DNA of 64,000 nt. It comes from Trichodelitschia bisporula. Its lineage: Eukaryota. Below are positions 23,770-36,968 of the stretch, one piece after another. Each line of letters begins with the position of its first letter. Position 1 is the stretch's first letter. The notes under the pieces were generated by a model. It was not told where the DNA came from. It made no database searches and saw nothing but the letters and a program-made list of their open reading frames with translations. The stretch is from NCBI GenBank assembly GCA_010356995.1, contig ML996708.1, forward strand, positions 248,001 to 312,000, written 5' to 3'. The position numbers were made by a program, and so were the translations under genes.

Positions 23770-24999
23770 CTCCTCTCCACCCCCAGTCTCCACCCCCCAA
23801 AAAGCTGCTAATGCATCCCATCCCGTTCCGCTCTTCGTCACGGCCCAAGCTGGTCCTAGATAGGTCTAGCTTTTCCTTCTCGAAATACATCTTGGCCAGT
23901 GGTAATTCAGTTTGAAATGCCCGCCACTACGCCCGCCATGCGAGCTCATCCACCACTACCACAACCAACCACCATATGGCCACTGCTTTTATCTCAGATT
24001 CCCTCGACCATTAACATCATGTCTTGCCGTTGCTTGAATTTGCATTTGGCTTCCTTTCCCTCTCATGCTTGATTGAATTTTTTTGGCCACTCCTACCATA
24101 ATTACCGAGGAAGCATAGTCCAGCTTCCTTTTCCCCACCTCCAAACTTCAACCTCGTCCTGATCCTGATCCTCTTCTCTCCCCCCTTCACCCCCAAACCC
24201 TCATATTCCGCAAAACCTCTACCTTAAACCTCGTACACGATCAAACTCGCGGAAAGTAAAGAAACTGAAGAGAAAGATCAGACGGTTGATGGCCTGCATG
24301 CCACCAAAAGCAGCCTTAGCTCGTACCACCCGACGGACCTTCATCTGTATTGCCCGCTTCTCGCACTCGCCCTTCCAACCATTCTTCCCCTCATCTTCAG
24401 GCTCACCTAAAACCCCCCCGAACCCGACCCCCAAAACCCAACCCCCCCGTCTAATAATATCCCTGACTCCCTGTCTATCTGCTTGTGGTCTACCAGTTAG
24501 TCAAGGAGAACAAGACGGAGGCTACTGTCAGATTGCGCTGCTGTTGCTGGATCGATTCCGTTGGCCATCCCGTCGCTAGATGCTGCGTTCCGTCTCTGCT
24601 GAACAGTAAACTGCCTTCAACCTGGGGTGCGCTGGCTGTGTTGCTACTACTGCTACTACTGTTGCTGGTGTGGCTGCTGCCGTGGGGAAGGGAAGCCTGT
24701 GGCCATATCGCTTTCGTTTCCTCATCACAGGACTTGCATGGTCTCGCTCGATCAAATCCTCCTGCGCATGTCCATCCCGTTCCACCTCCGCCTGCGAGAT
24801 CTGAAGCGAAATCTTGAGCCTTACTCCAAACCGACTCTCTCTCTCTCTCTTACGCACACATTCCAAATCCTCAATTCCGTAGTCGCCGGATCGCAACCCC
24901 TACGGTGTATATTCCCGCATCATCTGGTCGCAGACGGCACGTATGCTCCATCAAAGGATCCCCTCGCTTCCTGTCCACCGCTGTTTGCCTCTCGCCATC

Positions 25000-27056
25000 A
25001 TGGAGGGCTTCGACACAACCACCATGTCCTATCTGACCGCTGCCTCAATGTCACTATCCAACGTAACGACAGCAGACTCTCTGGCTATGCCCTTGCTTCC
25101 CTTGGACCGCGTTGATCACCATTCCAACTTTGATGCCGAGACCTTTGCTGGGTAAGTGGTGCGTTGTTGTTGTTGTCCCTTTCCCCCCTAACAGCATTTC
25201 CGCATGAAGTTCAATCTCTTGTACTAACCCCTCCCAGAAGCGAAGAAGCGAGCCATTATGGCGCACACTCACTCCAGCTTCAGCAGCCTCCAGCCTTGAG
25301 ACGCTTCCCGAGTGCCTACGACGACCCGTTCTCGGACTCGCTCAGCGCATCCTATGATCCTACCGGACTGTCTGCCCCCGACCAAAATGGCCTTGAGAGC
25401 GTGCCCAACATTGAGCGTGACCACAAGCTGCTCAGCTTCTCCGTTCCCACCATCAACTACACCCTACTCGATTACACTGGACGACCGGCGAGAATTTCCA
25501 TGTCTGCACAGCTCCACGGCATGTTCTTTCTCGCTGAGCCGCTATCCACCTCCACCGCCCCGAATGACGCGGCATCGGCCCCATCTGCGCAGCAGTCGAC
25601 GGAAGTTACCTGCTACCGGAGGAATTTGTTTCAGGTCACAGGGACCATCACCCTAACTCGTGGTACATACTACGTTCAGACGGAACACGGGGACCGGATC
25701 CCAATTGTGAACCAGGAGCTCACCATATCTGCCACTGAATCCGTTGAAGGAAGTTCGGTCAAAATAATCTCAGTACCTTGGAAAACACCTGCAACAAGCG
25801 CACCAGCACCTGTGGTAACACCAGAGGAGAAGACTGAGAAAGAACCCGGTTCCATTCCACTGGATCTGCTAAGCCATCTTCACGGGCAAGGAGAGAATCA
25901 AGATGACCTGGCTCAGTCGGAATACGTGACCTTTCCACTCTCTTTCAAGCGCCTGCAATTTCGTATCGCAACAGCCAACAATGGCCGCCGAAAGGAACTC
26001 CAACAGCATTTTGTCGTTCACCTACGCTTGATGGCCACTCTTGCCACTGGTGCCCGTGTGATTCTTGCAGAGTCCCGGTCAGGGGCCATAATTGTTCGAG
26101 GACGAAGTCCGAGGAACTTTCAGTCGAGGAAAGATTTGCCTCTTTCGTCAGGCGGGCCGGGAGGAGGATCGGCCAGGCGTAATAACTCGCATGCTGCTCT
26201 TGCGCGAACGTCGACCTCAGAATCCCATCCTGGGATAACGCAGACCCAGTCGCAGACAAGCCGGGAACAACCTCCTATCAATCCAGTTGAGATATCGCCT
26301 CTTTCCTTTGCGTACGAGAACCCAGAGCTCCAAGTATCTCCGGAATTCTTTGACTGGAAAGTTCCAATTGGCGGAGGGACGGTAGCCGGCGTGGACTCTA
26401 CCGGAAGCATTGGTGGACCCATACCTGGCTCTGGTGGAATGCCATTATCTTCAGCATACGCGTACGCGCAGTCATCGCCCGATTTGGCTCGGTACCCCCA
26501 CGCCCAAACCCACACTTATCCCCGCTCACACTCGCAATACGCAGGTGGGGGTGCGCCAGCGGTTTCTGGTACCTATGGCGGCGGACAAGCGCATCGACCG
26601 GGTGGAGCACCAAAGCCCATAGTCCTTTCTCTTTTCGAAGAAGAAACGAACTGTACAGCATCGCCCACTTCAGGGCAAGCCGTCGGTCAGGGGTGCGGGC
26701 GAGGTTCAAAGATGGCACGGCTTGGATCTGGCAGTGGAATGACAGGGGCCGGCGGCGGCAGACATGGCTCTGGCGGTCCAAGTTTCGACAGCGCCGGTGG
26801 GACTGCGCTACAACAACATACAGGGTTCAATACCATGAACCTTGGGGTGGCACCGCTTGCCAATGCGCCTGAAGACAGCGCTGGCTTGTTGTATGAGTAC
26901 TTTCCGCTTGGACTGGACGACTGGATGCCGCCGGTTGATGCCGTCTATCGTCCTCATGTCGTACACCACACAAACCTTCCGAGCTCGGATCCCAAGGTCA
27001 TCGTCGGAAGGGGGCGGAGTAAGCGGTACTTTAGCGAGGTGCGAGACAATTCCTAG
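25000..27056 (+). CDS. ron1: Ndt80/PhoG-like transcription factor (RON1); exons 25000-25151, 25238-27056
   Basis: SAQLHGMFFL, TCYRRNLFQV, FKRLQFRIATANNGRRKELQQHF, IIVRGRSPRNF; C-terminal LYEYFPLGLDDWMPPVDAVYRPHVVHH; cluster context. Confidence 0.92.
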
Positions 27057-27601
27057 CTGGTTTTGGAATGGGAAACGACTGGATGCCAACGATTGGATGC
27101 TCACGGAATTCATGGCTGAACGTACCTTATGCTTATGACAGATTTGGGGGCGCCTTGTGGATAGTTTTTTTTGAAATATGGACATGGAAGCAAGGCGGGA
27201 GCCGATACGTTGGGCGATCCCGCTTGGAATCGAGCTATGTACTCGCGAAGAGCGGGTGGAAGGAGCTGAGTGGCACTGTTTACACGATCTAATGCTGCTG
27301 GCGTTGTTCTGCATGAATTCGGGTTAGGAGCCTTGAACATACCCCTTTTTGAAGCAGTTTGGTGGTTCTGCAACGGGAACCGTGTATGTATTGGGTTGGT
27401 GTGAAAAATACTACTCGATTCCGGAGAGAAGCTTGATGCAAGAACCCGTCGATGACTCTCGTGCTCCTACTTTGACAAATCGGCCATTATACGTCGGAAC
27501 TCAAATCCTTAGGTGCTACCATAGTGGAGCAACTCAATAAGGAGAAAATTTTGGAAATGTCTTCTATCTCAGCCTGTTCTAGTCGAACGGTTTGCGACAA
27601 G

Positions 27602-27672
27602 GCGCCGGTAGTTTAAGGGTAGAATTTAGCCTTCCCAAGGCTGAGGTCCGAGTTCGATTCTCGGCCGGCGCA
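27602..27672 (+). tRNA. tRNA-Gly(CCC)
   Basis: Acceptor stem GCGCCGG/CCGGCGC-A, anticodon arm TAGCC-TTCCCAA-GGCTG, T arm CCGAG-TTCGATT-CTCGG, T5 run downstream. Confidence 0.93.
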
Positions 27673-28337
27673 CATCTTTTTGCCCTATCCTTCCACGAAC
27701 TTAACCACGAACAGCGATTCGGATCTCGCCTCGCTTTTGCCGAGCGTGGCTTATTTGATCCCTTATGGTAGTGCAAGAAAGGTTGGGGAACACGCGTGTT
27801 TGGCATCGGCGCACAGTGAATCCGGCCCGCTTTGGTATCATGGCTTCTCGGCACATGGCGGTATTTGAGATCGGAAGGTTTGGGTGGGGGAGGGGCTCGT
27901 GCAACGCAGGGCCCACTGTCTGGCTGTAATGTTGCATTTGATGCACTGCCTCGCTCGCCGTGTTTTATCTACCCGAGAGATAGCGTGCGTGCAATGACGG
28001 CGAGGGTGTAGGGGGGGGATATCAGAAAGATGCTCAGCCGAATCTGAGCTGGCAAGGCCCGGATTGGGAGAAAAGGTCCTGGGAAAGGAGATCGGAACAC
28101 GGAACGTATGACCGTGTGGCACAGAAGCCGATGAAATGGAATATTCGAACGGTGGAACATGCTACGCGCGCAGCCAAACGGCTCAAAAGCAAGGCCGCAA
28201 TGCTTCCTTCATCGTGATCCTAGAGGTCTAGATGGGCCATCCCATCCGATATGCTGCTTCCCTCGCCTCTATGTATGCGCAACAGAAGCCAAGTCAACGG
28301 GTTAATGTACAGCGCTACCTCCCTCGCAACCTCTTTC

Positions 28338-30252
28338 CTATTCTCTGCATGCGACCGCCGCAACGGCGGCCCCAAAAATCGCACTCTCATCCGCTACTTC
28401 CAGTCGCACGCCGCCGCTCGGCCCGTTTCCCCGCGTGCTCTGCTCCACCAACTGGTCCAGGTAGCTCTGTACCTGGGCACGGAACCCGGGATATCGCTCG
28501 ATGATGCTGCCGTTGCAGGCGATGGAGAGCGCTTCCGAGTCCCTGGGCGCGCCGCTGCTAGCGTATGCGACTTGCTCGGCAGCAGTCTTCAGTTCCCAGA
28601 GGGCGTGAATACCCGCGGCAAGATAGGCCGCGGCGCGACGTGTGACGAGGCTAGCCACGCGCTGGACGAAGTGAATGTCTTTTGTGGAAGGCAAAGTGCC
28701 GGACGGGAGAGGGTGTATGGCGGATAGAGTGCCGATGGCGGCAGCCAGGCCGGGTGAGGTGTCACTGTCGGCTTGAGTTAGCATCCTCGAAAGGGGAAAG
28801 TGAGGCGGTGCAGAGCCGTTGCCGGCTGTTCTCGGCCCTTGGGAGGAATAAAGGTAGGACTTACCTCTCCACGACGGCCACGGTCTTCGCCTCAAGCCCG
28901 TACGCTTCCCATCCTGCGGGGACTTCGCCACCGAAGAGCATCCCCTCTTCAATTCCCTCGGCGCAGACCAACCGCACGATCTCGCCGATGTACCGACCTC
29001 CAATCAACATCTCAAACGGCTGGAAGCCAGGACGCGGATGCGCCGCTTCCAAACGCTCATCCTAACGCGTCAGAGGCAAAATGCCCCCTCCGAACATGCT
29101 GAATTCGGTGTTGATGAGGACGTGAGCCGCCTTTGCAAACCATTCGTCCGGCCTCGTGCCGAACTTGGACGGCGAGAGCGCCGAAATGGGAAGCACAACG
29201 GCCATGTTGGTCCCGGTACCGAGGATGAGGGAAAAGCGGGTGGCGGGGTCCTGATATGCACGAGAGAGGAGCGTCGCCGAACCATCGTTGATGATCGCAT
29301 CGAGGCTAACGGGAAGATTCTGATTTCGTCAGGGACACTGCAAAATAGCAACACACAGCACGGAGACGTCACATACCCTCTTGCGACATGCCCGCATAAT
29401 CAGCTCGGTCAAGTCACCGCCAATCACACCCGCCGTCGCCTCAAACCCCTTGCCCATGTCCAATAGGATCACCTCGCGCGGGCTGGTCTGCTCAACGGGG
29501 AAGCTCCACGCCATCCCCATGGGCAGCACAGCTCCGTCCACCAGACAAGCTGCGATATCCGGATCTTGCAGAACGTCTTCGATACGCGCCGCCATCCAAT
29601 CGAAAAAATCATGACCTCGCAATGAGCGCACGTGATTGTCAATTTTCCACGAGCGCATCTTGATAATGCGCATCTGTCCCCGCACCTGGGACGTACCGTC
29701 AAGGTACACCTCCTCTCCCTCCATCCCTGAATCATCGTCACCCGGGCCATTTCCCAAATCTACCAAGCCCGCCCGAAATAGGGTGCCGCCCACATCCATA
29801 GCCAGAACGCGACCGCTCTCCGTGCCCTCGGGCAGCGTGTGTATCCATGACGGCAGCATGCAAATGCCGTTGACTTCCGCCTCTTTATCTACGGAGCCAT
29901 CTGATTTGGGGGAAATGTCCGCACGCAAGCGTACCGCGAACGAGGCGTGCAACTGGGCAGAGAGGTGCGTTAGACTATTCAGGCCGATGCCCGTGTTGAA
30001 TGCACGCGTAGCTTCGGCGAGATAGGCCTCCAAGCTAGGAGAGGGATCATTGGGAAGCATGGGCGTGGAACTTGAGGATGACCGGCACAGCGGTGATGTC
30101 GGAGGAGACGTAGTTGAGTCGGGAGAAGGTGGTAGTGACAAGAGGGGGCCGTTATGAAGTTGCTTCATATTCGGCAGTGATTCATCTGATGGCTGGGGGG
30201 TGATCTGTAGTGGTATTGAAGGCAGCAGTGCGTGTATGAGTGAAGGAACCAT
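28338..30252 (-). CDS. hxk3: Hexokinase family, likely GlcNAc kinase (Hxk3); introns about 29376-29320 and 28864-28772
   Basis: [69 protein letters not shown]. Confidence 0.9.
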
Positions 30253-30517
30253 GGTTATGGTGGTGAATGTGAAGGTGATGAGGCGACAGATGGCGCACAT
30301 GTGGTTGGTATGCTGTGGAGAGGAAACGCCGTGAAGCGAGCGGCGCCAATGAAGTGGAACTGTATGTGTTTCGGGGTAAAACCTGGGACCATATACGATG
30401 CAGACGAATAAAGAGCGGGTATATGATGGAGCAATTGGATGAATTGACGCCTGGTCTCAGTCTAACTCCGATTAGACTCCCGATAGTGGTGGGAACGGCA
30501 GGCTGTGAGAGGCGGGG

Positions 30518-30519
<2 letters not shown>

Positions 30520-30568
<49 letters not shown>
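30520..30568. repeat. Poly-G tract (49 nt)
   Basis: Directly visible. Confidence 0.95.
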
Positions 30569-30569
<1 letters not shown>

Positions 30570-32843
30570 GTGGGTTCGGATGAAGTAGCAAGGTAGCGGA
30601 AGACGAGAGGCAAACCTACGCAAGCTACCGCTAAGAGAATGTCGGCTGCTTATGACAACGAAAGGGCGTAAGGCGCTCCGAGTTGCAGAGTTGAGACAGA
30701 AGGCGAGGAGTAATGGGTGAATGAGATATGCAAAAGAGGAGCAGAATGTACTGCCGTACCAGAAGGCTTATGGAATGAATAGAGAGAGATAATGCTGGCA
30801 GAAGCTACGCATGTCGATGAGTTTGGCTGTGGTAAAAGGGCAGCTCTCAGTCTGGTACCATAGCAAGGTCAGCGTTTGGAGAGAGGGAGCAGGTGGACAG
30901 TTGCTATGGTGTAGGGTGGGGGAGGATGAGGCGAAGGGGAGATGCAGTTAGAGTTGAGGTTCCATCGGCACCGGATGTGGTGCGAAGGGGAATTGAATCC
31001 GTCCGAAGTCCAAGTGGTGGGGAGGGTGAGGGGGCGACAATGCAGTAAGAGTGAACGGAAAAAAGGAAGCAAAAGCAGACGCTACACGCGACCACAAGCT
31101 GGGGAAAGAATTGCGGATTCGGAGACTCTGAGAGGTGTTGGAGCTTGAAGCTGCAGCAATTGTGGGATCGTGGGATACCGGAAAATGTGGGGAGGGGTTA
31201 GGTGGAGGTGGGGGGGGGGGAGGGAGGGGAGAGGTCGGATGGTGGTGGTGGTGGTGGTTGTGGGAGGAGAGAGGCGCAAGGCAGAATACAAAGACGTGAC
31301 GGGGGGTGGGCGAAGACGGTGGTGTGGGCCAATCCCAATCGTTCACTCCTCCGATCCAATCCAATTCACTTCCAAAGCTAAAATGCCATGCAATGCAAGG
31401 GCTGGTTCCCTTACAGTCCTGGTGAGTTGCTGCTGTGGAGAGAAAAGAGGTTGCAATTCAATGTAGGATACGGGCCCCGACTCTTCCCATTAGCACTTCC
31501 CGGTCCCAGTCAAATACCCGTAATCTGGCCAGGGCGAACAAGGCGATTCCTTCATTTTAATGAGGTCATCTAGATGAGGTACTATATCGAGGCATTGCAC
31601 CGTGATTGCATTGTGCCGCCAATTGCTCCCGGCTACTTCATGCTCCTCCTCACAAGGGTTCTTCCCCTCCTCCTCTCCCACAGGAGTGTGTCGCGTGCCT
31701 CCAACATGGCCTTGACCATCAGCCTTGTAACCATTCCGACGTTCCATCGACAAAGGAATCAAGGGCTTTAGCGTGTTCCAAACGCCCCCGCGCTACCTCA
31801 ACGGCCAAATTTTTAGCGCAGGAAGCGGGGATATCTGGTCATCCAATATTCTGAGATTTGGAGATCGGCTAACCGACCACCTGGCCCTGGTCCACTCTTT
31901 CCCGGCGACTTTTCGGAATCGGAATGGGTCATACCGGTCGGCTCTCATCGGCCGCACCTGCTTTCGTCTGCACGCTCGAAACAGTCAGCAGGAGGATGAT
32001 GATAAACCCGTCAACTGCCGGTCGTCATTACTGTGCATACACGTCCCTCATCGTTGCAGTCTTACAGTATCCTACGGCTCGCTGGAAGAGTCAACGTTGC
32101 CGTGCGTCGTGGGGGATCGCCAGTCGCCCCAGTCGCTGATCACGCGGCCTTCTCGTTCACGGGCGCCCCGTGAAGGCAAATCATAAATTCCGTAGTTTGG
32201 CGGTTGAATGTTGTTGCAAACCGCCGTGGAACGGGCCGTCTCCGGCCCTGGTTACGGTATATGTGCGGCATTCTGAAGCTAGGCCGGCCTTATGCCCGCT
32301 TGTCAGCCTTGACTGTGACTGCATATACATTATTCCCGCCGTGCTAATGCCGTCGCACTTGCGTAGCATCGGCTTGAGTGTGGCCCGTAAGTTATATTCT
32401 GGTTACCGAAAACCTCCGCTTGGTGGGTGCCGTTCCGTCACCTCAGCTAGACAGTAACGACAGCATCAAAAGCGTCTCACTCCCATTGGCTTTCGGGAAT
32501 CGCTTGAACGGAAAGACCTCGACCATCTCTCGACCCTCTACACCTTACTATAAGAAACTCAACAAACCCCTTTGTCACAAAGCCTTGGAGGCGATGCTGT
32601 CTCGAGACTCCGGGGCCAAAGTGCACTACACATTTGTTATTACTGCCAATACTAAGGTTGCAACGGCGTACGGCCATGGGCCTAGTCGCTACTTCGCGGG
32701 TATATGTGGAAACCAGACCGCTCCAATTCTCGTCCCTCCACAAGGCCCAGGAGCACAACCTATCCAGTACGCTTCCTTTCCCGCTCTACCAACCACAGGA
32801 ACTCCAAATCTCCAAACGAACCGAAGAAACAAGCGAACTGCAT

Positions 32844-34462
32844 TCAAGGAGCCTTCTTCACAACCTCCTCGTCAACCGAGCCACGTGGTGCAACCTCTTC
32901 GACCGTTTCGTCAGAAAACTTGATATCCTCCTCAACTGTCACGTGGTCTTTGATCTTAAGCAGAATCAAAGGCAACGCAATCACCAAACTGCCAGCGAGC
33001 AGAGCCCAGCACGAGGCAAAAAGGTTCATGTAGGGGATTTTCAACCTGTCGAGCCGCCACACAATCGCCGCGCCGGCTGACTGGATGCCCTTGTAGAAGC
33101 CTGCAAAATTGGCGAGCTTGCGTCCGTTGTTGGTGAGCGAGCCCATGTACCTGCTCTTTGTAAATTCTCCCATCACCCAAACACTTCCCTCGAGAAGGAC
33201 TTACCAATACGCGCACGTCTGCCAAGCAGCATCGTAGAAACCGTAGAACATGTACAAGAACATGGTACCAACATATCCGTCGTCCTTCCAGTCATATAGT
33301 TTGCCAACGTTGTCGCGCGTGTACGTCGTCTGGAATGCGTAACCGCCGCCCCAGATGGCCATTGTGAGCGTGAACAGCGCAATCCACGACGCCCGAGCGC
33401 GCGTGGGGCGTGAGAAGGCCTTCATATCCAGCGCATAGCCGAAGACCCAAGCACCGACGATCTGCATGGTCCAGTACAGCGTATTGTTGAGCGACGTCGT
33501 GCGCAGGTTGTACTTGGTGCCATTCACGTCATTGAACTGATATGTGTAGAACCAGTTCGAGGCAAAGAACAGAGGAAACATGAAGATGATGTACGGGTCG
33601 GTTTGAAACGTCTCCCACAGCCCAAAGAGCTCCGTCCTCCATGTCGGATTTTTCATCAAAATGACACGGGACCCATCGCTGCGGATCACGTTTTTGGCAT
33701 CAACTAGGGTCCAGGCCAGCCCAGCGCCAAGTATCATGAGAACCATGAAGGCAACGTAGGTGCCGTCGGAGACGGTCTTCTTCTCCGTGACATGGATGTT
33801 CTGTCCAAGCGGAATCTGATATCATGTCAGAAACCAAGCACTGCCTGCAAACGCACAGAGGATGGACTTACGAGACTCCCGATGACGGCACCCAGATTGA
33901 AAATCATCCAGAACCAGCTGATAAATCGTCCCTTGGAATCCTCGTTCGGATACGACATCATGATCGCGCCCTGGGCCGTCCAGAGCAACGCTGCGCAAAC
34001 ACCCAACAGGGTGCCGGCAAACACGGTGAAGCCGTAGTTGGCGGTGTGGCTATAGCACAAGAAGCTGGCTGCATACACGCTATACCCAAAGCCACCAAAC
34101 GACAGCGCCAGCTTCACACCGATGACATTGGTGAAAGTACCGGCAAAGAAACCAATGACGGCAAAACAAGAGTACAAAGCCATGTTTGCATCGTCCGCGG
34201 CGCGATGGTCAAGCTGACCGCCACCCCCCACGCCCGTCAGCGCATTGAACATGCCGGGACACAAGAAGCACACAAATGCCACGATCAACAACTGGGTCTG
34301 TGGCGACGCATACCAGGGCAGTGTCCAGGGGCCAAGGCGAATCTGGCGGTACTTCCACGTTTTTGGCACACTGGTGTCGACGGGTCCGTTGTGCGAGGCT
34401 GCAACTTCGACATCGGTTTGCGGCGTTTCGCCCACAGCTGCAGCCTTCTCATCGGCACTCAT
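32844..34462 (-). CDS. ngt1: UNC-93-like MFS transporter, likely GlcNAc transporter Ngt1; two introns
   Basis: FVCFLCPGMFNALTGVGGGG, LWTAQGAIMMSYP, FWMIFNLGAVIG, FASNWFYTYQFN, AGFYKGIQSAGAA; cluster context. Confidence 0.85.
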
Positions 34463-36968
34463 TGTTGCGAGAAGGGTGGGATATGGAGTGAGGGGAGAGT
34501 TGAAGGGGTTGAAGAGGGGAGGGGAAGTTTTGAAGCTTTATTCGACGCCGATCACAGGCGATATAAGGCGAGCTGGGGTACGGAAAGGAGCTGTGGCGGG
34601 AAATAGCCCTGGAGGATCGCAAACTTGCAATATCCGGGAGACAAGGCGCACGGATGAGTACCCTAGCTAAGATAACGCAGTATCTCGACGTTTGGCTATG
34701 CGCTGCGTCGCATTGATATATGGCCCACAACCAGTTGTCAAGACTAGTTAGCGGCCTGCACTATGCGAAGTCAGAAGACTCGCAAGTCAAGAAGAAAAAG
34801 ATATTTCCAGTGAAGATAAGGGGTTCAGCTTAAACAGATGTTCGAAGTGGGGCTGGTGGGGGTAAACAAAATTGTAAACTAGACCAGATGCCCCGTTTCG
34901 ATGGCCTGGGCCCAAGGGCAAGTTTAAGTAGAAACGGGACCAAGATCTCCATTATCAAGCAGGTGCCAGCTGCATTGACAGGTCTTGCATCCGCCGTTTC
35001 CAGAAAAGGATCAGCTTCTGTTGTTCTTCTGGGAGATGAGTGGCCCGCCGCCCGACACGCCGTTCCTCGCATGCATCGAACACGGCAGCCGTGGGTTGGC
35101 GGGGGCGTGCGTCTCGCAGCTTGCGGCTTGCGGCTCGAGGCCGGCTGGACCAGAATAGGGCATCAGAGCGAGGGTGGTGGAGGGGAAAAGGATGGAGATG
35201 GGGGGGGGAGAGAGGAGAAGCGAGTTGCACGCGGGCATCTCTACGCGGGTATCTACCGTACACGCCTTCCCTGCAGATTCGGAGCAAATCATGAACCCAT
35301 CCGATAAGTGGCCTGCCGAGTATGGAGAACACTAAGGATGGAAAACTTGGATGGCCCCTCTGACGATCACTTTCCTCAGCAGGTGGCCATAGGATAGCAA
35401 CTTAGCTAGGTTAGGGATATCACTTGCCATGCTGACAAGCTTACGGGAAGGTCCAGTCCCTTTCACCGTCTGTCCAATTGCACCCTCCCACTTCAAGAAG
35501 CAACTCACTTAAGGGTACCCTTGGTCCAAGGTCCAAGCCATTGTACGTCCGAAGAAGCGCTCGAAGAAACCAAGAGAAATAATACAAAGACCGCCTGCAA
35601 AGACTTGCTCGTCTTTCCCGAACAAAGCTTCAATGCCGAAGCCTCAAGCGCAAGCATGCAGGACGTCGTCTCCGCACCTCGAACGCCTCCCAACGTTGGC
35701 GCTGCAACGAGGCGTCCACTAGCGTAGAACCGTTGACGCGGAAATGTAACCCTTCTGCGCGTCTCTTCCCGCCCCCCGCCCCCCGCCTCCACTCCAACCC
35801 CTCACATATGGGGGCCCATGTATGCCGTCCCTACGAAATACGAGTACTGTACAAGCAGTGCAACTCCGCAGTCCTCCATCCATCTGCAGCATGCAAGCAA
35901 GCCAAGAACAAGTCGGCCAGTCGGGGAGAAACTCAGCCTTCTGTTTCGAGCACGCGAGCCGCTTGAGACATCCACGAATCACGGTTTTCCTGATAGCATC
36001 GCAGCATTCCCCTCGTATCTTTGGCTGCGGGTTTATCTATTCATACCTCTCGACTGCCAAACCAGATGCATTGCTTTACATCTGTAGGCGCATGCTGCTT
36101 CCATCTCAGCCCAAAGTCACCATCTACCAATGCTCATCACATGTGAATACTTCTTGTGCTTCACATTTTGTCTTTGCAAGTGATGTGCATGAGCATACAC
36201 ATCCGGTAGCCTCTGAAAACGAAGCACCAGTCCGATCCAGAGCCTGCATTCCAGGGACAAATCCACGCTGAAGAAGTGCACATGACCCTGAAATCATCCG
36301 AGCATGCGCAGAGCTCCGGTTCGTCGGATGGCTTATATCACCATACCGAGGAGGTGAGGTTAGAGGTCCCGGCATGGTGACGCGAGATACCAGGCCACAA
36401 CTGTGGTGGCCGGTCGAGCAACGAACTGGTAGGCACATCAAAGCACTCGGCTTCGGGCGCACATGTACAAAGAAACCTACCCCTATCCGTGAAGTACAGC
36501 AGCTTGCCGAAGCAGCTGTGTCCTGCACCTTAGTCATTCGCTCGCCAGGCCTTCATCTTTATGCTGGCGTCCCGAAGCGGCCACACAGGCGCCTGGTGGC
36601 ACCAGGAGAAACGGCAGGGCTGCTCGATTTGACCCCAATCGGAACCGCTATTGAGCACGTGATGTACCACAACGTCACACAAGGGCGAAGTACAGTCCAT
36701 CCGAGTCCCAGGATCAAGTTTGATGAAGCCGTCCACTGTATCTGCCAAAATTCCCGTGGGCCTGCAGAGGTGAATGAAACGGCATGATCAATTTGTCATA
36801 TGTACCTGTGTTCCAGCACACGGAGAGATATTTCAAGCCCGCAAATCCCCGATAGCCGACTGCGTAACGTCCATTCTTCTGTAACTAAATGCCATCATGA
36901 AAAGCGAGGGTGACTAGGAAACCGGCGGCATGGAGCAGCATGCTCACTCAAACTGACACATGTGAAGA

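Noticed and set aside
23018..23863. 281-aa ORF with LST/LYS and poly-Pro repeats
   Set aside because: Translation of microsatellite and poly-C tracts
31996..32140. ATGATGA...CTGA as another C/D snoRNA
   Set aside because: No convincing rRNA-complementary guide, terminal stem or intron context
30182..32800. ORFs between hxk3 and ngt1 as the missing deacetylase or deaminase
   Set aside because: No NagA or NagB motifs; low-complexity or random-looking translations
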